A stretch of DNA of 24,000 nt from Oribacterium sp. C9 (GTDB lineage: Bacteria > Bacillota > Clostridia > Lachnospirales > Lachnospiraceae), in the NCBI RefSeq assembly GCF_002007235.1, contig NZ_MUHW01000025.1:5460-29459 (forward strand), read 5' to 3'. A program made the translations under genes and the position numbers. Of the stretch, positions 8,874 through 16,136 are shown piece by piece (within the stretch, counting starts at the first letter, position 1; each line of letters opens with the position of its first letter). The notes under the pieces were generated by a model. It was not told where the DNA came from. It saw only the letters and a program-made list of their open reading frames with translations, and searched no databases.

Positions 8874-9733
8874 ACCTTTTCAGCTCTAACGACCTTAATG
8901 GTTGCTGAGAAGTCTTCCTTTGCATATCCGGCTTCCATAGCCTTGTCGTAAACTCTTACTACGTTCATCTCGCCAGGCATCGGAAGTCCCTTCTCCTCTG
9001 CGAGCTTCTTGCAGATGTTCACATCCTTGTACATATTCTCAATTGAGAATGCTGTAGTGAAATCATTCTTCTCGATAACATCCTTCTTGCTGTCCAGATA
9101 GAAGTTCTGTCCGCCGCCGTAGGAAATAGCTGTTGCGAAGGTCTGGATGTCGATACCGCATACTGCAGCAAGATTTGAAACCTCATTTACGCCGTTCTGG
9201 ATCTGACCAACCAGAGCATTGTGAAGGATCTTCATGGTGATACCTGTTCCGTTCTCACCCATGCGGATGATGTTCTCGCCCATGTATGCAAGGATAGGAC
9301 GAACTGTATCGTAAAGCTCCTCATCACATCCAACATAGATTCCGAGCTTGCCTGCGATAGCCGCCGGCTTTGACTTAACAACAGGAGCATCTGCGAACTG
9401 AGCGCCTGTCTCCTTGACCATCTTTGCGATCTCAACTGATACGCTTGGATCGATGGTACTCATATCGATGCAGATCTTACCCTTGCCGAGCTTCGGAAGG
9501 ATCTGTGTATAAACTGATCTGGAATGCTCTGACTTCGGAACCATGGAAATGATCACATCCGCTTTCTCAGCGAGGTCAACATTGTCTGCAGCTGCAACTG
9601 CACCGAGCTTTACGAGCTCATCAACCTTTTCCTTTACCATGTCTGAGCAGTAAACTGTATCGTTATGCTTCTTGACTATATTTGCACACATTGACTCGCC
9701 CATGATTCCGAGTCCGATAAAACCAATCTTCAT
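8870..9733 (-). CDS. NAD(P)-dependent beta-hydroxyacid dehydrogenase family; predicted 3-sulfolactaldehyde reductase (YihU/SftR-like) producing DHPS
   Basis: The N-terminal Rossmann motif MKIGFIGLGIMG, the 287-aa length and the catalytic-region pattern (GAQFADAPV..SKPAA..G.L) place it in the 3-hydroxyisobutyrate/tartronate-semialdehyde reductase family. Substrate is inferred from operon context. Confidence 0.65.
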   Translation of the reverse strand: MKIGFIGLGIMGESMCANIVKKHNDTVYCSDMVKEKVDELVKLGAVAAADNVDLAEKADVIISMVPKSEHSRSVYTQILPKLGKGKICIDMSTIDPSVSVEIAKMVKETGAQFADAPVVKSKPAAIAGKLGIYVGCDEELYDTVRPILAYMGENIIRMGENGTGITMKILHNALVGQIQNGVNEVSNLAAVCGIDIQTFATAISYGGGQNFYLDSKKDVIEKNDFTTAFSIENMYKDVNICKKLAEEKGLPMPGEMNVVRVYDKAMEAGYAKEDFSATIKVVRAEKV

Positions 9734-9803
9734 TATCTTTTATCTCCATTCCTTAGTGCTCTCATGTGCAATGTCTACACAGAGCGCTTTTATCTGCTTT
9801 TTA

Positions 9804-10490
9804 TTACTCTGTCTTTGTGTTGTCCCATGCATCACAGAAGGTTCCGATACCCTGTGTTGTAAATGCGTGGTGCTGAGCACTCTTGTAGATCGCAAGACCA
9901 GCTGTGATGATGTCTGCACCTGCTACTGCACAGTCAACCATCTGCTTAGGTGAACGAAGAGCTGCACAAATGATCTGTGTCTTTCCGTAGAAGCCGTAGT
10001 TCTTGTAGATGTCAACGATGTCCTTGATGTACTGCTTGCAATCCTCACCGTTGTCCTCTTTCCATCCGATGAAAGGTGATACGAAAAGTGAACCGTTCTT
10101 TGCTGCGAAAATAGCCTGTGCAGGAGCAAATACAAGTGTAAGGTTTGTTCTGATGCCTTCCTTCTCAAGCTGTCTTGCTGCTGCTACACCAGCCTCTGTT
10201 GCAGGAATCTTGATGGCGAAGTTTGGAGAAACCTTTGCATACTTTCTTGCTTCAACTACCATATCCTCTGTCTTGTCAAGGTGTGGGTTGATCTCTATTG
10301 ATACAGGGAACTTGTCGATACCCTCAAGACCATTTTCCTTGATCCAGTTTGCGATATCAGTTATAGCTGTTACAAATGGCTTGCCACTGAGCATGATGTG
10401 CTTTGGATTTGTTGTTACACCATCGATGCCAAATGTCTTGTACGCATAATCAATCTCATCTAACTTTGCACTGTCTAAAAAGAACTTCAT
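9804..10490 (-). CDS. sftT: Class I transaldolase of the FSA/TalC subfamily; predicted 6-deoxy-6-sulfofructose transaldolase
   Basis: 228 aa. MKFFLDSAKLDEI...GVTTNPKHI and the Schiff-base lysine context FAIKIPAT align with E. coli FsaA/TalC (VKVPVT). A strong GGAGGAGG RBS is present. Substrate is inferred from the neighbouring sulfoquinovosidase and reductase. Confidence 0.75.
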   Translation of the reverse strand: MKFFLDSAKLDEIDYAYKTFGIDGVTTNPKHIMLSGKPFVTAITDIANWIKENGLEGIDKFPVSIEINPHLDKTEDMVVEARKYAKVSPNFAIKIPATEAGVAAARQLEKEGIRTNLTLVFAPAQAIFAAKNGSLFVSPFIGWKEDNGEDCKQYIKDIVDIYKNYGFYGKTQIICAALRSPKQMVDCAVAGADIITAGLAIYKSAQHHAFTTQGIGTFCDAWDNTKTE

Positions 10491-10560
10491 TACTTCCTCC
10501 TCCGGATGGGATATATAAATCTCATTCGCAATAATTAGTTAATTAATTTAATTAATTAGT

Positions 10561-10588
10561 ATTATAGTGTAGGTTGCACAATTGTAAA
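10561..10588 (-). promoter_or_regulatory. Sigma-A type promoter of the transaldolase-to-exporter operon
   Basis: On the minus strand there is a -35 TTTACA (10583-10588), a 16-nt spacer and a perfect -10 TATAAT (10561-10566). The predicted TSS is ~10553, about 60 nt before the ATG at 10490. Confidence 0.5.
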
Positions 10589-10728
10589 GAGCGTTTTCGA
10601 CCATAAATGCATCATAATTTTGTTTTTGTGAATTATATATCAATTAGCCTATTAATTTTATCCAAATTGCCCTCTTTTCACATTCCTGTTTTTGTGGTAA
10701 ATGCGGACAAGCACTTATAAAACCACAT

Positions 10729-10777
10729 AAAAAAGCTTCCACAGGCATCATCAGGATGCCGGCAGAAGCCTCTTTTT
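10729..10777 (-). terminator. Rho-independent terminator after the alcohol dehydrogenase gene (bidirectional in appearance)
   Basis: GCTTC..GGCATC (10735-10749) pairs with GATGCC..GAAGC (10755-10769): 6 + 5 bp with a 4x4 internal loop and a 5-nt loop. It is flanked by A6 (10729-10734, a U-tract on the minus transcript) and T5 (10773-10777). It starts 15 nt past the stop at 10784. Confidence 0.6.
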
Positions 10778-10783
10778 AAATTA

Positions 10784-11941
10784 TCAGATTGCCTTCTTAT
10801 AAAGCATGATGCAGTCCTTGAGTGTGGTCTGGCGAGGGTTTGCCATGATATTTGCCTGACCCTTCATGGCATCTTCAGCCATGGCATCGATCTTGTCCTC
10901 TGTTACACCTACATCAGAAAGCTTCTCAGGGATACCCAGCTGCCTGTTGAGTCTCTTTAACTCCTCCACCAGCATTTCAGGTCTGAAATTCACTACAGGT
11001 CCATTTTCCTCTCTGATGTATCTGTAGATCTTCTCGTACTTTCCGTCGTGGTCGGCGATTGCATTGAACTCAGCCACATAAGGAAGGAGGATAGCATTGG
11101 CAACACCGTGAGCTACATGGAAATGTCCGCTTACAGGGTGGCTTAAGGCGTGAACGTCGCCGAGTCTCGCCCATGCAAATGATATTCCCGCGAAATTTGA
11201 GCCGAGCATCATGGCACTGGCTGCCTCAGGATCCTTACGGTTTGCAGTGAAACGGCGGAGATTCTTGCCGATAAGCTCCATAGCCTTCTCTGCCATGGCA
11301 TCTGAGAAAGGTGTTGCGTTGTTTGAAACGTATGCCTCCATGGCATGAATGAGGGCATCGATACCACAGGATGCAGCAACGGATGCGGGAGCTGTCATGA
11401 TAAGCTCAGGATCGAGAACTGCAAACTTTGGGATCTGCTCATAGCTGAAAACAGACATCTTGAAGTTGGTAACTTCATCTGTGATAACAGCACTGGCTGT
11501 AACTTCGCTTCCTGTTCCGGCTGTTGTGGGTACTGCGATGATAGGTGTGATAGGGCCGGGAACCTTACCTGTACCTACGTACTGCTGGATCTCGCCACCG
11601 TATGTTGCAAGAACACCTACAGCCTTGGCAACATCCATAGGGCTTCCGCCGCCGAGAGCTATGATACTGCTGGCACCTGACTTTTTATACTGCTCTGTTG
11701 CGTCCTTAACACATGCAACTGTCGGGTTCGGCATAACATCGAGGAAAGCTGTGCACTTGATGCCGGATACCTCGATAAGATCCCTTACCTTCGCAACAAC
11801 ACCTATTCCTTCAAGTCCTCTGTCAGAAACCAGAAATACATGCTCTGACTTCATTTCGCCCTTTAAAAGCTCAGGAATCTCCTTGAGACTTCCTACACCG
11901 AATTTTATAGTCTGTGGAATTTTAAAACAAAAATCATTCAT
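10784..11941 (-). CDS. Iron-containing (group III) alcohol dehydrogenase, FucO/DhaT-like; predicted aldehyde/ketone reductase acting on the glycyl-radical-enzyme product
   Basis: 385 aa. It has the GGGSPMDVAK nucleotide-binding motif and metal-ligand His clusters (DALIHAME, HALSHPVSGHFHVAHG). GAAGGGG lies 7 nt before the ATG. Confidence 0.85.
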   Translation of the reverse strand: MNDFCFKIPQTIKFGVGSLKEIPELLKGEMKSEHVFLVSDRGLEGIGVVAKVRDLIEVSGIKCTAFLDVMPNPTVACVKDATEQYKKSGASSIIALGGGSPMDVAKAVGVLATYGGEIQQYVGTGKVPGPITPIIAVPTTAGTGSEVTASAVITDEVTNFKMSVFSYEQIPKFAVLDPELIMTAPASVAASCGIDALIHAMEAYVSNNATPFSDAMAEKAMELIGKNLRRFTANRKDPEAASAMMLGSNFAGISFAWARLGDVHALSHPVSGHFHVAHGVANAILLPYVAEFNAIADHDGKYEKIYRYIREENGPVVNFRPEMLVEELKRLNRQLGIPEKLSDVGVTEDKIDAMAEDAMKGQANIMANPRQTTLKDCIMLYKKAI

Positions 11942-12036
11942 AATTATACCCCTTCTCTATTATCCCCTTCTCATTAACCGTAAAGAGACCTGTTTTAAGT
12001 GACACATCCTGTGTCATATTATGACATAAGTGTCAT

Positions 12037-12082
12037 AAGTCTATCTCCCACTTGTGCTTGCACAAAAGTAGGAGATAGACTT
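12037..12082 (-). repeat. 46-nt near-perfect hairpin in the GRE-ADH intergenic region
   Basis: AAGTCTATCTCC (12037-12048) is the exact reverse complement of GGAGATAGACTT (12071-12082). The inner ACTTGTGC/GCACAAAAGT extends the stem with a 2-nt bulge. No U-tract follows on the transcribed strand. Confidence 0.5.
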
Positions 12083-12234
12083 CATGACACGCCACACATG
12101 GAGCATGGAAGGACGCTTTAGCGGCCTGGGAGTGCGGAATGTGGGAGAATCGTGAGAGCGCTCTGCGCGGAACGATTCTATGTCGACTTTTGACACTCAC
12201 GTCATATTATATTAAAAATCATATACCCGGCTAA

Positions 12235-14718
12235 TCAGAAACTAAGTTCAGTTCTCTGTATCAGATCCTTCTGGAGCGCCTTTCCGAGCTCTACAAAGTA
12301 CGCACTGTATCCGGCAACTCGCACCAGCATATCCTTGTAGTCTTCAGGATGCTTCTGAGCCGCCCTCATGGTGGCGGAGCTCATGATATTGAACTGTACA
12401 TGCATGGCTCCATGCTTTATGTACTGGTCGATAAATGCGATCATGTTGTCTCTTCCCTCTATTCCGGCAACTGCCTCCTGAGGGAATTTCATATTCATGA
12501 GAGTTCCGTTTCCCGCCTTGCTGTGATCAACCTTCGATACGGAATTTGTCAGGGCTGTCGGTCCCATCACATCATGGGAGCCTCCATCTGTGTGCACAGG
12601 TCCCATATTGTCGGAGATGGCCTCTCCCATCTTTCGGCCGTCAAGAGTTGCATTGGTCACCATACCCATGGCGACATTGGCATTGACAGAATATACTCCC
12701 GGATTGAACTGTCCGCCCTTTCTGTAGGTCTTTCTACCGCTGATATGACCTGTGTAACAATCGAACATGAACTTGAAAAGCTCATCTGCGTAATCATCGT
12801 CGTTACCGTAGTGATGAACCTTGGAACCGTTCACAAGAGCATACAGCATCTCATGTCCCTTCCAGTTGTCCTTTACAGCCTGAAGGAGCTCCGCGCCTGT
12901 CACCTTATGCTCGTCGAACATAAGCTGTTTGATAGTTGCCAGTGAATCGGTGCAGGTTCCGAGGCCGCTTGCCTGAGGACCGATACCGTTATACTTTGCG
13001 CCTCCCTCAGTAAGATCCTTTCCTGTGTCCATGCAGTTCTGGAAGAATGCCGATACATATGGAATCGGTTTTCTGTGCTCATGAGCCGCTTCGATGATAT
13101 TGAGACTTGAACACATCTGGTCGCACCAGTAGTCGAACTGCTTATCTATGCTTTTAAGAACCTCATCAAAGTTCTTATATGTCTCGAGGCTTCCGGTATC
13201 CGGTCCGAACTGCTCTTCGGAATCCAGGAACTTTCCTCCGTTGATGACCATTTCAAGCATCTTCGGGGTGTTTACATAAGCCGCATCATGCCATCCGTAC
13301 TCTGCTCCCGGAAGGTCAGGCTCAACGCATCCTACTACGCAGTAGTCTCTTGCTTCTTCGAGAGACATGCCCTTACCGAGCATTGCCTTTATGGCAGGTG
13401 CATCATTGAAAAGCTTTGGATGACCGAAGCCCGCACGTATACATTCAACGGTTTTTACCTTAAGCTCATAAGGTGTCTTTTCCGATAAACGAACACAGAT
13501 CCATGGAACCATCATCCTCGTATGCTCTGAAGCTTCCAGAACAAGAAAGGTAAGGTCGTTTGTGGCATCATTGCCATCCCTGTCGAGGCCGCCTATGGTG
13601 AGGCTTTCTCCTCCGAAGCCACGACCGTTTCTTACTGCGGTTGACCCCCAGTCCTTGAGCTTCGTCGGATTGTTAAGCTTCACGAACTGATCCTCAAGTA
13701 TCTCCAGAGCCTGCATCTTGGTGATCACACCGTCATCTATGTCAGCCTTATAGTACGGGTACAGCCATTGATCCATTCTTCCGTAGGATATGGAATGACC
13801 GTTACTTTCGATGGTGATAAGGGTCGTTGCAAAGTTAAAAAGCTGTACTGCCTGCCAGAAGGATCTCGCCGGACCTCCTGCGATCTGATGACAGTTAAAT
13901 GCCATCCTTTCAAGCTCTGCTTTCCTCTTTGTATCCTTTTCTTTTTCCGCATACTCTTCCGCAAGATCAGCATATCTTTCGATGTATGCCACCGATGCCG
14001 AAAGCTCTATGATCATGGCATCGTAAAAATCTCTCTTATCGGAGAACTCAGGGTCCTTCCTTGATAATGCTTCTCTCTTTTCCTTTGCCTCCGCAATAAG
14101 CCCGTTGAAACCCAGCTTCATGAGCTTTCCGTAATCTATGGCCAGATGTCCGGTGCCTGCGTAATGATATAGATTGGTCTGGAAGATCTTCTTCCCGGCT
14201 TCCGAGCCTTTGATCTGTTCGTCATCAAGACGCCCCTCTACTTCATCCGCAACGGTTCTGCCCTGCCACCACTTACAAAGCTCGATGGCCTCCTGCTTCT
14301 CCTCTTCACTTCTGAAATAGAACTGATCATGCTCTCTGTCTTCAAAAGGATGGTTTACTGCCTCATCAAGTATCCAGTTCACGGAAAATTCCGGATAGAT
14401 GGGTGACGCTTTCGTGGGAGCGGCATTATCACCCAATATAAGCTCCTGATCGTAGATATAGAGTGTCACATTTTCAAGGATGTGCTTAAAGGCATATGCA
14501 CACTGAAGCTTCGCAGGCGCTTTTGGATGTGCCTTGTAGGATTCCGTCACGAGACGAAGCCGCTCTATGTCTATCCAGTATTTTTTATCCAGAAATTCCT
14601 GCCTCAGATAGTTGATTCTCGGAAAGGGTGACCAGTCCTTGTGATGCACCTCATAACCCAGATGGCACTGATGATCAAAGGGTTCTGTCCCCTTTGCATT
14701 TGTATGATACTCCGTCAT
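12235..14718 (-). CDS. Glycyl radical enzyme of the dehydratase/eliminase (PFL2) class; by context a DHPS-converting enzyme (HpfG-type dehydratase or HpsG-type sulfolyase)
   Basis: The C-terminal glycyl-radical motif is MLVRVAGYSAYF (Gly codon at 12310-12312). The Cys loop is VVGCVEPDLPG, with a single Cys (13327-13329) followed by x-Glu as in glycerol dehydratase, CutC and IslA, not the CC pair of PFL. I set the start at ATG 14718 (MTEYHTNAKG) because AGGAGG lies 6 nt upstream; the track ORF extends to 14763. Confidence 0.9.
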   Translation of the reverse strand: MTEYHTNAKGTEPFDHQCHLGYEVHHKDWSPFPRINYLRQEFLDKKYWIDIERLRLVTESYKAHPKAPAKLQCAYAFKHILENVTLYIYDQELILGDNAAPTKASPIYPEFSVNWILDEAVNHPFEDREHDQFYFRSEEEKQEAIELCKWWQGRTVADEVEGRLDDEQIKGSEAGKKIFQTNLYHYAGTGHLAIDYGKLMKLGFNGLIAEAKEKREALSRKDPEFSDKRDFYDAMIIELSASVAYIERYADLAEEYAEKEKDTKRKAELERMAFNCHQIAGGPARSFWQAVQLFNFATTLITIESNGHSISYGRMDQWLYPYYKADIDDGVITKMQALEILEDQFVKLNNPTKLKDWGSTAVRNGRGFGGESLTIGGLDRDGNDATNDLTFLVLEASEHTRMMVPWICVRLSEKTPYELKVKTVECIRAGFGHPKLFNDAPAIKAMLGKGMSLEEARDYCVVGCVEPDLPGAEYGWHDAAYVNTPKMLEMVINGGKFLDSEEQFGPDTGSLETYKNFDEVLKSIDKQFDYWCDQMCSSLNIIEAAHEHRKPIPYVSAFFQNCMDTGKDLTEGGAKYNGIGPQASGLGTCTDSLATIKQLMFDEHKVTGAELLQAVKDNWKGHEMLYALVNGSKVHHYGNDDDYADELFKFMFDCYTGHISGRKTYRKGGQFNPGVYSVNANVAMGMVTNATLDGRKMGEAISDNMGPVHTDGGSHDVMGPTALTNSVSKVDHSKAGNGTLMNMKFPQEAVAGIEGRDNMIAFIDQYIKHGAMHVQFNIMSSATMRAAQKHPEDYKDMLVRVAGYSAYFVELGKALQKDLIQRTELSF

Positions 14719-14894
14719 ATATATCCTCCTGATGAAACGCCGGTCTTTGATATGGATAAGCAAAGCCGACGCTGCATATCTATATATGATGATGTAAAAG
14801 AGAAAAGTTGATCACGAAACATCAACTGAAGAAATACCATGTCCAACATCCTGCTGTGGATGCCGGACATGAACACAGAAGACTGTATCCGCCG

Positions 14895-15845
14895 TCACTT
14901 TCCGGTCCTGGTACCCACAAGACATTTAATGCCTCTCTCATTGAAGTATTCTGCTATCTTTTCCACCCGCCTCTGAAAACTCGGGCGGTTGAACTTCAGA
15001 TTTTTCATGGGATATTCCTGTCCCAAAGACTCATACTTCTCGATACCTAGGCGCATAAAGCTCAGAAGCTGCAGCACCTCTATGTTGTTGTTAAGTTCTT
15101 CCTTAATGAAATCCGCAGAAGCTTTTATATTCTCTTCATCATCATTTATATGTGGGATCACAGGGATGCGCAGTATGGTATCTATATTTTGTCCGGAAAG
15201 TTTTTTCAGATTCTCGCGAATCAGCTCATTGCCAACGCCGGTATATACGCGATGCTTGGTGCTGTTCATCAGTTTAAGATCAGAGATCACAAGGTCCGTA
15301 TAGGGAAGCACCTTTTCAACCTCGTTCCATGAAACGGAAAAAGTGGATTCCAAACAGGTATGAATGTTCTCCTCTTTACATCTCTTAAACAGCTCTCTTA
15401 CGAAATCTGCCTGAAGCAGAGGCTCTCCGCCGGAAACAGTCACTCCGCCTCCGGACTCTTCATAATAACCCTTGTCTCTCAGAATAATCTCCATGCATTC
15501 CTGAACCGACATCTTCTTTCCCCAGCTTCTTATGGCGTCCGAGGGACAATTATCCCCGCATACCATACATCCCTGGCAATCAGCTCTTTCAAGTCTCACA
15601 GGCTTGTTCCTGAAAAACTGCAGTACATTATCCTTCGGACAGACTGCCTTGCAGGCACCGCACTGCTTCAGTCCTATGCATTTTTTCTTATAAAGCCCCG
15701 GTTCTATTCCGGGCTTCTGACTCTCCGGATTGCTGCACCATCTGCACCTCAGTGGGCATCCCTTGAGAAAAAGCTCTGTCCTCATTCCCGGTCCGTCATG
15801 TATGGTAAATCTCTGAATATTAAAAACAATTCCTTCTGTACTCAA
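14895..15845 (-). CDS. Glycyl-radical-enzyme activating enzyme (radical SAM, with two auxiliary ferredoxin-like clusters)
   Basis: The N-terminus FNIQRFTIHDGPGMRTELFLKGCPLRCRWCSNPES carries CxxxCxxC. It is followed by CIGLKQCGACKAVCP and CQGCMVCGDNCP, and GGVTVSGGEPL is the SAM-binding motif. The start codon at 15845 is TTG with GGTGA 4 nt upstream. Confidence 0.9.
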   Translation of the reverse strand: MSTEGIVFNIQRFTIHDGPGMRTELFLKGCPLRCRWCSNPESQKPGIEPGLYKKKCIGLKQCGACKAVCPKDNVLQFFRNKPVRLERADCQGCMVCGDNCPSDAIRSWGKKMSVQECMEIILRDKGYYEESGGGVTVSGGEPLLQADFVRELFKRCKEENIHTCLESTFSVSWNEVEKVLPYTDLVISDLKLMNSTKHRVYTGVGNELIRENLKKLSGQNIDTILRIPVIPHINDDEENIKASADFIKEELNNNIEVLQLLSFMRLGIEKYESLGQEYPMKNLKFNRPSFQRRVEKIAEYFNERGIKCLVGTRTGK

Positions 15846-16028
15846 TTAGTCACCTATCCTTAGTTTACCTTCAATTCCTTTACATATACGTTCGAGAGTG
15901 TCCTACATAGCCTTACTCTTGCCAAGTTCCAGCCGAAGAATCTCTTCCCGAGACATGTCCGATCCTGCCCTTGACTATGTTATATTCTAGGCATAAACGG
16001 CAGAATTTAATATTACCCCTATTGCTTA

Positions 16029-16057
16029 TTTATATAGGGAATGTTCCTTATTTTCAA
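16029..16057 (-). promoter_or_regulatory. Sigma-A type promoter candidate for the activase-GRE-ADH operon
   Basis: On the minus strand there is a -35 TTGAAA (16052-16057), a 17-nt spacer and a -10 TATAAA (16029-16034). This implies a ~175-nt leader before the TTG start at 15845. Confidence 0.45.
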
Positions 16058-16093
16058 ATGGATGTAAACAGTTCTGTCAAGCCAAAAGAATAA

Positions 16094-16128
16094 GCACATC
16101 ACTGTCGTTTTCCGACATAATGATGTGC
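16094..16128 (-). terminator. Terminator-like hairpin distal to the RT gene and its 3' structured element
   Basis: GCACATCA (16094-16101) pairs with TGATGTGC (16121-16128), an 8-bp stem with a 19-nt loop. On the minus strand it is followed by TTATTCTTTT. Confidence 0.4.
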
Positions 16129-16136
16129 CATATCAC

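Noticed and set aside
12235-14763. Possibility that the glycyl radical enzyme is a pyruvate formate-lyase
   Set aside because: PFL has adjacent Cys-Cys in the active-site loop. This protein has a single Cys followed by Val-Glu (GCVEP), and its activase carries two extra ferredoxin-like clusters. Both features mark the eliminase/dehydratase GRE class. The 15-codon extension to 14763 is also rejected in favour of ATG 14718 with its AGGAGG RBS.
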